The notes under the pieces were generated by a model. The model was not told the origin of the DNA. It did not search any database and saw only the letters and a program-made list of their open reading frames with translations. The position numbers and the translations under genes were made by a program. A DNA stretch of 64,000 nucleotides from Marsupella aquatica (Eukaryota; Plantae; Marchantiophyta): assembly GCA_973895155.1 (NCBI GenBank), contig OZ316893.1:5346171-5410170 (forward strand), given 5' to 3'. Below are positions 1 to 12,223 of this stretch, one piece after another (the first letter of the stretch is position 1; the number at the start of each line of letters is the position of its first letter).

Positions 1-94
1 ACAGACAAGACAGAAGTGAAAAGGAGTTTCTTCTGATTCATGGGATATTAGAGGTAAGGGATTCATTTACAGCCATACGGCCCAGAAATCTCAC

Positions 95-733
95 CAGCTT
101 GAGAGCTGAGATTGCTGCGTAGTACGGTGCTCCAGTGTACTCTCTGCATCCTCCAATGACCCCGATCTTACCTAGAGATCAAGATACTTAGTGAGATCTA
201 TGCGTGATAAAGAAGCAGGAATCTCCAACCACATTCTTGGACACGTAAAACACCGATAAAATGAAGGAGCAAAAGGTGGCAGTTTGGTTCACATTCGAAA
301 TATGTGCAATAATTCACATATCCAGCTGCGAAGGTGCCAAGGAAGACCCCAAATTTCCGCAACACGACAGGAAACAATTATCAAACCCTGTGAAGACATC
401 CGGCGAACACAGGGTGCCTTAACAGTCTAAGTCAATGAAAATCAGCTCACCAGCTTGCCCTTTATGACGATCAGCAACAAGGGCGGGAATAACCTCCTGC
501 AATCCTGGCAGAATCTGCTTCAAGGGCCGAATTAGGTCTCCCATCGCACTTAACTTCGAGTCCTGACTCCTTTCTTGGGTCGGAACTTTGGTAGATGAAC
601 TGCTTATTGGTCTCACTTGTGAACTTGCCTTCCTTCCTTGCCAAAGAATAAAACAAGGGATCCTTTGCAGAGGTCTGAAAGGTCTTGAGCTTAAGATAGT
701 CAGTCGCTGCGCAAAAGAGCCACCACTCTGCAT
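95..733 (-). CDS. NAXD: ATP-dependent (S)-NAD(P)H-hydrate dehydratase (NAXD/NNRD), 5' exons only; gene continues past the left edge
   Basis: Exon 733-451 ends ...RHKGQA-G|GTGAG. Exon 171-95 (TAG acceptor, GTGAG donor) continues in phase as [48 protein letters not shown] is the YjeF-C/NAXD signature. Confidence 0.93.
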
Positions 734-3700
734 CCCCTTGTCTCTACCCCTGTGCCCACAATCCAGACAGCCGATTAAATCCCAAAAGGACAGTGACCAA
801 AAATATTACTACATGAAGAAAATTATGAGGAAGTGGTCTGCAAGAAATCAAGGCAGACACGAAACTCCAATGCGGCGACTGCGAGTTCAACGGAACACCT
901 ATGAATATATGAAACCTTGACGCATCGAGGTGCTGACTTGTGCAGGCTACAAATTCAGGGCTGAGAGATCAAAATTGATCATAACAGAAGATCGTCTCCG
1001 TCTCCAGCAACCAGCGGAGGTAAAGAACGCCACTAGGCGAAGCACACTAATAAAAACCCCAATTGTAATGCAGAGTTAGAGTGAGTAGTGAAGTCCATCG
1101 CCGGAGAACAAAGTGAATAAAATTACTATCGACGTAACCGATTCAGTAGAGTGACCAACGAAATCCTGTTTTGCTTCGTGTTGTTTCGTACAGGCCCATT
1201 GTCACTTCATGAAATTCTTTCCAGACGTTCATCATTGGTTCTCGAAGCCATTCAGCGGAGGGAGTAAAACCGTTGATTTGGACCCATAGCCAATCCTGAT
1301 CCAACCTCTGGCACAACCCATTCTACTCTTTGGGACCTGACCAGCTCGGTGCAACCCAGCTACATGACAATGTACCACGGGTTCCACGCAGGATCTAGGT
1401 ACTAACTCACATGAGCATTAGTTTGTCATGATCTTGAGTGCTTTCGGCATGCAAAGTACCTGGACTTGATATATTGCCAAAAGGAAATCCTTGTCTCGGT
1501 CCTTGCAATCTTCTCAATTAGACGAACGTCTGCAAACTACGACAGAGTTTGGATCTAACGCAACTCAGCATACAATACCCGTAATCTCACTGGTATCCCG
1601 CAGCTACCCAGCGGCTCTCAGAGCTGTTACTTTAGGACCTCGTCAACCACCTCCCCTGCCTCCTTGGCAATCCCGTGAGGCGTGTTAAAGCTGTCTCCGT
1701 TGAATTCTTAACGGCCAACATTTTTCAGAAGGTTAAGACACTTTTCGGCGATCGGCCACGGAGATGGTTTGGATGAGTTTGACTGGGCCCACACGAACAT
1801 GTTATGGGAGGGCCATCTCTCGGAGTCCCCACGGCAACAGACTTCCGCCACTGCCAATCCATTCCAATTCTTAAAGAACCCAAGGGGCTGGATAAATCCG
1901 GATCCAGAGGGGTTCCAGATGAGAATGGTGTCGACTCTGTCCAGCATTCTGATGAATATTCTCGCAATAGAAATGGATGACAATCACAGAAGCTCACTGC
2001 CGTCCAAAACACTGCTTCTTGAGTCTACTCTAATAACATGCCTAGAAGCGAACTTAAGCAAACCGCAAGCCCAGTGGATTGGTGTATCCGTGACCAGCAT
2101 TACATTTCGTGATATTCTCTGCTCCAATCAAACGTATTCCCTAACTGAAATTATGCTCGTTGTTAGCAGTTGTTAAAATATTCCCAAAGCACTCATCGCA
2201 ATCTTATGACGGTCCTACATAACGACTCCAGGGATGAGACACTCGCGAAGAATTTATGCCAGAGAACATCTTCACTTTTGCTACTGGGCTTGTGCGTAGG
2301 TGCGAGTTTGCAAACTAACGGACAGACTGATATGTTACGGCGGAAAGATTTCTGAACCTCGGCTTGCTATGAGGTACCTTTTTGTTTTGCCCCGTGAAGG
2401 TAACAGCTGACGGCCATCGGTGTCCACATATGGGCGACCTGAATTCCTGGGATTCCAATTTTCGCTCGATGGCCTTGAAGGCCATACAATTTAGCAAACC
2501 TTGAGCTGAGAAGGGAGTACCTGACTGACTCTTACCGGCACTGAGAAGCTCGTTGGAAGGGAAGCCACCTCCTTCTAATTGCTCACGCCGACTACACTCA
2601 ATTCCACAATATATCGCTTTGAGGGGGTGCAATTCTTATTGCGCGCAGAATCCGCCTTTGCAACTAAAACTGAGGCATTACGACACCGCCGCGACCTCCC
2701 CTCTTCTCTTCTTCGTCTCCAACAACGCCCAGTGTAGTTCATCAAATCCCTCGAGCTCCATTAATGTCTAGTGCAACTTCAACAGGTGAATTTCTGTCAC
2801 CTCTTTCACCTTGTTCGAGGCGCACCAGTTCTCTTTCTGTCACCTTCTCAATCTCTCTCGATCGATCGATGCTTTTACAGTCTTGGCGCCACTTGGCGGG
2901 CTTCGTAGTTTGAAGAAAACGGGCCTAACAATGGAACCGAATACACATGTCAACGGGAGATCCTGCGTCTGAAACTCGAGCCCTAATACACTGACAAGTA
3001 GTGATACGAATGCTGCAAAAGGGCTCTTACGTGGCATGTAAGGCATGTAAGGCAGCACGGCACCCTCGTCCAATGCAATCTTCTGGGAACACTATGTGCT
3101 TGATCGTATTCAGACTGCTTAGGGTCAGAGTGTAAACCCACGTTGGAGATTAGTGAGTCCAAGTTGCTTCCTCGCTACCATTACTCTACAACAACATAGT
3201 GAATCACAGCACTTGCTCGTTCTCGGTGTCTTGTTAAGGATGTCAAAAGCTTACTGTTTTTGAGCCAGAATTACTTGACACTTCAGTACGCCTCTACGCA
3301 TCGGATCGGATTTGCAACCTTTGTTTTTGACTCTACACTGGACCACATATTACCAGTACCTGCATCAGACATACACTTCAGCTGTGTTGTCAATGGCAGG
3401 GTAATGCCGACATCAGCATGCTTTAGTTGCCTCCTCCCTCAGAAGGTACAATAGCTATCTCTTGTTACTTCCCCTCAATGATCATTCATTATTCGGATTG
3501 CCGTGCGTCACGGACAACATTTTCCCAAACGAAGATAAGTGGGTTACGTTGTAAGATACAGTTTACTTCCTTCTATAGTGTTCTCTATCGAGAACCATAG
3601 TTGGTCGTGTGGTTTCGGAGAATTGCTGGGACAGTTTCCGTTCTATGCTTGGCCCGTGAGAGGTCTTCAACATGACGATGAGAACCAAGAGAATGAGATC

Positions 3701-4214
3701 CGCACGTAATTACACTCTTGGATTACAGAGCACTGCGTGGGGAATTGAGTTCCCCAACCTACACCTGCCCTTTCTTGCACAGGAAAGGTGTTTGAAAGCT
3801 ACGTTAAATTGTCCAGGATCCGAGGAATCTCAACGCCTATCCAGGACGCAATCCACAACTATCCATAATCATTAGCAGAAACCTCATCTGGCACGAGTAA
3901 TTGATATGTAAGATTCCGAAAAAGTCGAAGCCAAGTTTAAATTAATGAAGGCCTCTCCTTCTTCTTCGAATCCAAGAAGGGACTCATATAGTACAAGGAA
4001 GCCTCGTGATGGTGTCTATGCTCCAGCAGCTTAGTCACAATGCCATGCTTGGCAATTCAGCGAAGCACAAGTAGATAATCCTACCAACTTGCCTACGATC
4101 TTGCTGAGTATACAACTACGCTATGGTCTCCGCGGTCTGGCCACATTTAGCTCTTCGAGAGAGTACTTCGCACTCTTCTAGAACCTACAGTGATCCAAAT
4201 TGATTCAGTCCCAA

Positions 4215-6724
4215 TTATCCCCGGCCGTATAGTACATCTGGTGTTTTCACCTCTGTGTAGAAAGGGAGCTCTACTCTCTCCTTCACAACGCACTTGGGAT
4301 ATCCATCCTCCATGATTAGTTTCTTCCCAGGGGGGCATTCTATCCGGGGGGGCAATTGACGAGCAGTGGCAATTGGTGGTGTAGCTGTGGGCGTCTGGGG
4401 TGTCAAACTGGAGAATGGTTTCCTTGTCTCCAGTCTCCGGGTGACTTCAGAAACTGCCAGTGCAGCAGCTACACTAACTGCAACTATAGCGACCTTCGAT
4501 GTCATTCTATAAGCGAAACCAAACAGAGCCTTCGCAAAACCCAGCGGAATTCCCAAAATCCCTCCTCCGTCTTTCCTTCCACGCTCAGCCTGAAAAGTTG
4601 TGCCTTCCTCCTCATTCCCTTCTTCACTTCCTTCTACTTCTCCTTCGTAGGGTGCATGTTCTTCACGTTCTACTTGCCCTGGACCAAAGTATACCTGCTT
4701 CATGGACCCGTTGTATTTCTGTGCATCCGGCCCACTGTAAGGTGCCGATTTATCGTCTCTTGGGGGAACAAAAGACGAATCTGAGAGGGGCATTGGGTAA
4801 GGAGGTAGAGGAAGATCGTCTCTATCTTCAACAGGCTCACCCGCAAAAGCTAGTGCCTCATGGACAACCTCCCACTCTCTGCCACGATGGTCCTTTAACC
4901 GCCTGAGCAATATCCGCCGACTCTCCTCCAGTTCTGCAAGGGCGGCATCCTTCTCCGTCCGCTGCTGCTGTTGGACAGTCTGCAAAATCGGTGCAGACAA
5001 TATCAGGTGTCTGTAACTGCGTAGCAAAGATTAAAGGGCTACTGCTTTGAGGCTACATTGCACAGTGCGTTAATCTACTGATTAATGCAAAGTGGTGCAA
5101 TTTTTATTTGCTTGTAACTTCTGCATCTCGAACCGAAGAAATTATAGTCCTGCAAGACGAATTTAAAGTTCTTGTCGGGAATTGAAGAGCCCAAAATAAT
5201 GTCACTTCACTTCCAGGGAAATTGTAAAACAGCTCGGTGATCAAACGGTACAGGCCTTTCACAAAGACCCAAACCAAGAAGCCCCTCACAATTTCTGTCT
5301 TGCGTTTCATGAATAGAGCCATATGATTCATTCAATTTCGCCATAAACTAAGAATTCGAGAAACAACGCTGGACTCCCGAACAATGTCCAATACACAGTA
5401 ATAACAGTACACATCGACTGCACTTCCATGAAAGCAAAGTCGGTGGATAAACAAGAATCCTTGATGAAATAGACGCACGTCACTCTAGGGCCAAGGACAG
5501 GACAACAAGGACACTAAATGGCAGTGGCAAATAGTCACTCCAATACGAGGAAAGCCGCGATCAAATTCCTTGGGGGTCACATATCAGGTGCGGAGCACAT
5601 GCAGGTAATGAACGTTGCAGAAACCTCCACGACCACCGTTTTAAAACTCATTTCAGAGAAACTGGCAGACTCCTACAGCTCTCCAATCCCACTGTGTACG
5701 GTGATAGGGATTTCTGATCCCGGGGAGTAGTCCCCCGTAGTGCCGCACATGACGTTAATGGGTCAGCACAGAATCCACCTTTCTGTTTCCACCCTTGCAA
5801 ACTAATGATACGCTACCCAAAAAATCGAACTACTATAATGGATGCACAAGGGTGAGAGATCATATACTCGAGAGGGTGCCGCCACAACAGTTTCAATCCG
5901 TACAAACATTCATTTATTCCGGCAGAGCAAGGTTCTGTTACAAATCTGTAGTAATCAAACAAAAGCAAGGGGATGGAAGCCCAGATGGCCAACGGATGCT
6001 GCCACATAGGGCTTTACAATATAACCATGTATTCGTTGATTCATTCTCAACGATGATGATTACATTGCAACTGTGAGGCGTTGTGAGCGAGGAGTTTGTA
6101 CGGGAAGAGGATATGAGGCAAAATAAACAGAAGGATGGTGCCCCACAAGGCTTGACATTAATGACTTTCTTTCATTCTCATCGAGCACGGTTCTCTTCGC
6201 GAATGGGAAGACGGTACTGGGTCAGCGTGACTAGGGGATTGGAATACGATGCCTAGTCCACAGCATGCTGCTTAAAACGCTTTGACGTTAAGAACATCCA
6301 CTCATTCTCACCGACGATAGTTCTATTTGCACAATGTGACCCGAATGCTAGCGAAGAGGGAGTAGGGCAAACGCCAGCTCCATACCTGTAACGACTCGAG
6401 CTGCTCTTCGAGAACTTCAAGGGCATCCCGTATCGCCCCGAGGCTTCGAGCCTCCGCACTTCCGTCACCCCGCTCATTAAAGTCAGACTCACTGATTCGT
6501 CTCGCCGAATCCTTACCTCCATACCCTCCTCCTGCGTCCGAAGTTGGAGAGCCCGAAGTGTTCTCCACCGCTGCAGCAGCAGCATCCGCATTCTTCGGGC
6601 TCCTTCCCCCTCCAGAGGTGCTAAGCAAAAACTCGCTCTTCAACGCCCTCTCTATCGCATCACTGATCTTCGCATGCAACTCCGACGCCCTGGCGAGAAC
6701 CACTCCAATCTCGTCGGGCTCCAT
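4215..6724 (-). CDS. PDV2: Plastid division protein PDV2 (2 exons: 6724-6386, 4979-4215; ~367 aa)
   Basis: N-terminus MEPDEIGVVLARASELHAKISDAI; coiled coil ARSLGAIRDALEVLEEQLESLQ|TVQQQQRTEKDAALAELEESR..L..L; hydrophobic span VAIVAVSVAAALAV; C-terminus CVVKERVELPF..DVLYGRG ending in the conserved Gly. Phase-0 GT-AG intron. Confidence 0.92.
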
Positions 6725-9700
6725 CGTGCCGGATTTCCACTCCTGACTCAGAAAAAACCTAGCTACGAAATTCCAATCTCAGAGAGCGAAGCAACTGGAC
6801 AGTGCAGCTGAATATCACGGACTCTCAATCATCACACCAATCAGCCTCATCGGGGGATCATAGACAAGTGGCTCTTCAACCCTCAACCCTACTTATTCTT
6901 TCCCCAAACAAAACAGGTTATGAGTTGCAATCCCAGAGAGGCAAAAATCGGGGACCCTCAATCGGCTACATCAATCAACCTCATCGAAGCACCTATTCTA
7001 CTGTGCAACGACGAACGATACGAGACAGTAGTGCCCTTGTCAACAGGCAACCCTACGGAAACTCATTTCTCGACATTCCTCGCACCACCGAGGTCCAGCT
7101 GCGCATCCTCGGACCATCAGACTTTTCGGCAGGGTGAATGAACGAATTCCGGACAACGGACTGGAGCTCGTGCAATTTTTTGGGGTCTACGGAATTCCTG
7201 AGTGCCACAAGCACAATCCCCAATCGCATAGGAAAGCAATCATGTCAGCCTTCTGGTCCACGGAGGATGGAACTGAAGAAGGCGGCAGCCATTGCTCGCA
7301 TTGTTCGAGCTTGGACGCATGTGGGGAGATGGCGCAGAATCGCGCAACGCACAGAGGAGGTATGGGACGCCCGAGCCTCCGAGGCCGGCCTGGTACGGGA
7401 GGGAAGGGGAAGGAGGGGAGATCACTGGTTTGCATGAAACCCACCTCAAACTCAAGACCAGATACTCGAGAGTGGAGGAGGGAGAGTTGGGAGTGACAAA
7501 CCCGTTAGGGGCGTATCAAAGACTTAATGTGTTCCGAGTAGTTAGCTTAAGTTGTGACTTCTAGGTTACAGGCACCATACTTATGAACTTTAAAATGAGT
7601 GTATGGTAACTTTTTGTTCATAGCAGGCATTTATAAGACATGCCGCCATAAGTTTGATGGCCAGAGGTTGGGCACAACAAAGCATTGATGATAAATTCAT
7701 GTGATGGCAACTGGTTTGTGTAGGACTTGTGCAAAATGTTAATTGTATTCTTTTCAAGGATATAATGGAAGTTAAAGCCCGTGATGGACTGCTAGGATAT
7801 AATGAGCCTTAGATGGAGTGTTGTTGTCTCTAGCCATCCCCATGGACTATGACAAGAAGATTGACCACTTTACACCTAATCATGGGAGAGTCTGGTTAGA
7901 AATGGATCATAAATGTTTCATTGACTCATACATTATTATGTTAGGAAAATGAGAATATTTTCCTTCTAAAAGTCAATTGAGACCCTAGATTGATGGATTC
8001 GGGGGCTCATACTTCACACATGAAATGAACCTTCTTCTCGAATCAATGCATCATACTCATCATTAGCAACAAAATCCTTTGCTTGAAATTGAGATGAATC
8101 CATCCATTGTACATACCTAGGAGGAGTGCATATAGTGCAACCAGATATTCTTCTAGTCAATGACTCCAATTCATTTACCTCGTACAATGTGAAGCTCATC
8201 AACAATAACTTGTTGCTCACTAACATCAATAAACTTCTCTTGTTCTTGTGGCACAGGAACCAACTCCATACTTGGAGTAAATACTTTTTTCTATGTCATT
8301 ATGCACCTCTATGAACAAGGGAAACATCACTATTGACAAGCAATTTACAAGCAATAGGAACCCATAGCCCCGTAGGCCTTCATATCACTCTAGTACCCAA
8401 CCAAAAAATCATTTTTTGTATGTAGTATCCAACTTGGTCTTATTTTGTTTTGGTGTGAGAGTATATACATCACTTTAGATAACTATCAAGTCATGATAGT
8501 CTGTTTGCCGCTTATAACATATTTCAAACGGTGTTTTGTAATAGATTGCACTAGAACGAGAAAATTTTACCAAATAAGGTGCAATATTGATAATTTTTGC
8601 TCGAAATCTGTATTAAACTTCCTTGCCTCAACATATTCTGTGATCACTCAAAGAGTGTTCGATTGAGCCGCTCAACGACACCATTGTGTTGCGAAGTGAC
8701 ACCATTCTCAACGACACCATTCTATCGGCTCATAGTTGAGACCCCCTATTGCAAGGACAGGTGTAGTCACACTGTGCTCTGCGGAGGGAGACCTTTTCCT
8801 TTTCTCCCCTCTTTTCTGTCCTCTCACTCTCCCTGCCGTCTACTTGCTCCCTAGTACAGAGCAAGGCAGGTGAGGCAAGCCATGTGAGGGAGGCAAGCAA
8901 CGCCTGGATAGGCATCCAAACGTGCATCAGGGCCGGGTTGTTTAAAGAGTTTTTGAGAGAATCAAGCAGTCACAGAAAAATGCACCAGAGGATGAGGATA
9001 TGTTCCCACCCGTTTTGGATTTTGTAAACATACCAAAGAGGCCCCTTTTGTGCAGGATTGCTTATATTAGTGGTTGGGTTGGCTTTTCTTGGATTAATAG
9101 AAGCAGCTTAGGCATTATGGGCAGTAACAGGCTCTCACAACTCAAAGCTGAAGCCCTAATTGTCAGGGCATTATGGCACCACATTACCATGTAAACAAGA
9201 AGTTACTATATTTGAAGTTTTTGAGCAGCTTATTTTGGCATTCACTATCTGTTGTGAGATCCAACAGAAGCATATTTTTTGAAGGAGATATCCAGTAGGA
9301 TTTCAATTTTTGAGGTTTGTTAGAAATGCATTGGAGGAATATAAAGCCCAGATGGACCAGGGATTGTTGTGAAGTCAGGATAGATTTTCAAAGATTGGAT
9401 GGAATAACACAGCACATCTAAAAATGCTTGGATAACACCTTTTACACGCAGATTGGATGGCCAGGACACACCCCTCTTTCTATATAGCTTGGAGAGACCT
9501 TTCAAATGAGCTGAATGTGGTCAAATTTCATTGAGAATTGGGATGCCAACAAAAATCCCAAGGATAAAATGTCTCATTACGGACCCCACTAGAGGTTCCT
9601 TCCAAAATTCCTGGCACCACAGCGTGCCACATCAGCAACAACCGCAACAAACAAGAATGGTCATGTTTGCGCAAAGAAAAAACTCCTCTCCATCTTGTTT

Positions 9701-12223
9701 ACGTCGCTTTTCGTGTAATTTTATGGACGCCATGCCGTCAAAACATAATGTAAAAGTAATTAAAAGTTTATCCAAATCTATTGATACAAAGGGCGAGATT
9801 AAAAACATTCACCCATATTCTCTTTACTTAAATTTATAAATGTTTTTTTATAAAAGTAAATAGTGTTCAACGTAAACAGTAACCGTATTCCTGTGTAACT
9901 GCCGAAATAAAATCGTCAGAACAAAAGAAGCACATCAACATTTCGAAAGGGAGGAAGGCTTTTGATGAAAGTAATGAAAAGAGGAAAGCTCGAAAGGAGT
10001 TTCGCCTCTTGAAGTGCAAAGTAAAGAGGAATGTTGGAGAAACAAAATCAAAAAAGATCAGAAGCCGAATGAAGAAAGGAAAAATGAGAACTGATCGAGG
10101 ACAGAAAAGAGGCGCAGCACATCTTAATCAGAAACAAATAGATCGAGCAGAAAGAAGGAGAAGCAACGAGAATCGATAAGGACATTGACAAGATCGATAA
10201 GGACTGATCAACCTCAACTACTCTAGCAGATCACTGAAGCTCAACGTAGTAGTCCACTAATCGAATAAAAACAGGTGGGGGTCCACGAACTAATTTTCAT
10301 TCAGAGACTCTTATTTTTGCAGCATTCTACTCATTTAGAATTTACAAGTAATTACCGTGAAGCAGGAAGTTAGGGACATCCTTTTTTATTTTCAGGGCAC
10401 AGTCAAAATTTTGATAGATGATTACTGAATTTTCTCCTCAACTTTTACTAAAAATACCTAAAAGAAAAAATTTATGAGACATATTAAAGTTATGTTACCA
10501 AAGCATTTTGTGCAATAATACATTTTGTGCAATAATAGCCGCTCAAGCCTCAGCTCAAGGCTCTCATTTTTTAGGGGCATTATATCCTCCAGTGTCCTGT
10601 TTAGACTTTTACTGTATACGTAAGAAAATGTGCAGCTGGAACAGATGAGGACTATAACAGGCATAGATCCGGTGAGTTGCCTCTGCTCTTGCAGAAGACA
10701 GAGTGATGACCTCCAGAAACAAATCTCCGCCAAGAGTTCAAGCATTGAAGCATTGCTTCGGTCAATCCTACTTATTATGAAGAAGGCAGAATGATGACCT
10801 CCATAAATCTCCGCCCAAGGTTGAAGAAGTGCTTCGGTCAATCCTAATTGTGAACAAGGGAGAACGATGATCAATCCACCCCTTCGCGCATGCCAATCCA
10901 CCCTTCGCGCATGCCAGCAATTTATGAGCATAAGAATGAATATGAATGCCTGACCTAAGGCACCAGTACCAGATGTAAATTGGAAATTGGTGATGTGGCG
11001 GCTTTGAGTTGGCCTGAATGCTTATGTACTCACCCGCTGCCATTAAGGTTCAAAGTTCAATAGGCAATGAGGCAATCTCTAAAGATGTTCAGGCCGGTCA
11101 ATCTGCAACCTAGATTTTAGTAAAAAAGGTTTTTAAATTTTATATCAGGAGTCCAACACAGGTGGCATTAAAGTCGAAGACAACGCCCTCTGGCCCTCTA
11201 TTCGAGCAAGTGACAGGTCACTGTGTTCGGGGATATAGTTCAACCCACATCAATGCTGCTTACGACAATTACAATCCCAATGGCAGCATCATATTTTGGA
11301 CAGGATGGGTGTGTAGAGCATCATCACCAATTCGAAGGTCGACTTATATTTCTCTTGCTTTCCTGCAGTGAAGGCCTCTTCATCCCTTTTTTCCGACGAC
11401 AAGCAATAGAGTGCTTGTGCGCTTATGCCAGCCTTCAAGAAAGCTGCCAGACCTCTCTGTTTTATGCGAGGTTCGGACTTTTGACCTGAAGAGCATGGGA
11501 ACGTTGGCTCGTCAATTAACAAAACAGTAAAAATTGGGCAATTCAAGTCTTGTGAGACCTCATTACTCTCCATGCAAAGGTGTCAAGTCCACACATCACC
11601 AACTCCTTCATTAGAGCTACTAGGTTTTCTTCTGATGCTTTCGTTGAATACAGGGTTCTCAGATTTAGTCCCTCGGCCTGAAACCCAACAACCACCTATT
11701 GAGAAGCGACTCCTCTTTGCCCTTTCGGAACCTGGAACCGAATCTGGCTTAAGTACAATTCTGCATGGGCGTACAAATTGAATAATAGAGATCCTGGGCT
11801 GGAGGCTCGATAGGAGTTGGTGACCTGTGTAGATCTTGAGACCTTGATCCCACACCTTCCTCCCTGAAGGTAAGAACGAGCGATTAGAAAATGGGCATAC
11901 ACACACAAGGGCCCCAAACAACGGTGTACTCTGGTTCGGCTTTTCTAAGCAAAATTATCTCTTTATGACATCAATTCGGATGCCAAAGTTCCTCGCGTTA
12001 ACAATTTATGCCAGCCCGCCCCTTTGCCCACCCACCATGTCAAGGGCCAAAAAACGCAACAAGATTAGTCAACCCGACCATGTAATCACATATCTGCAGA
12101 CAGCATTTACCAGTCTGATCTTCATTGCGTAGCACAACACCTGGAAACAACTCCCCTGGCTTCTGGCTATCAGCATATGCTATGCGCCGAATACTTACAC
12201 AATATTTTCCACTAAGAAGATCA

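Noticed and set aside
1700-3900. Coding-like stretch with several 60-135 aa ORFs, possibly a decayed gene
   Set aside because: No recognisable motif or consistent splice model on either strand; needs BLASTX.
7600-11200. AT-rich stretch with short ORFs, probably old TE debris
   Set aside because: No diagnostic transposase or RT motif or termini could be supported.
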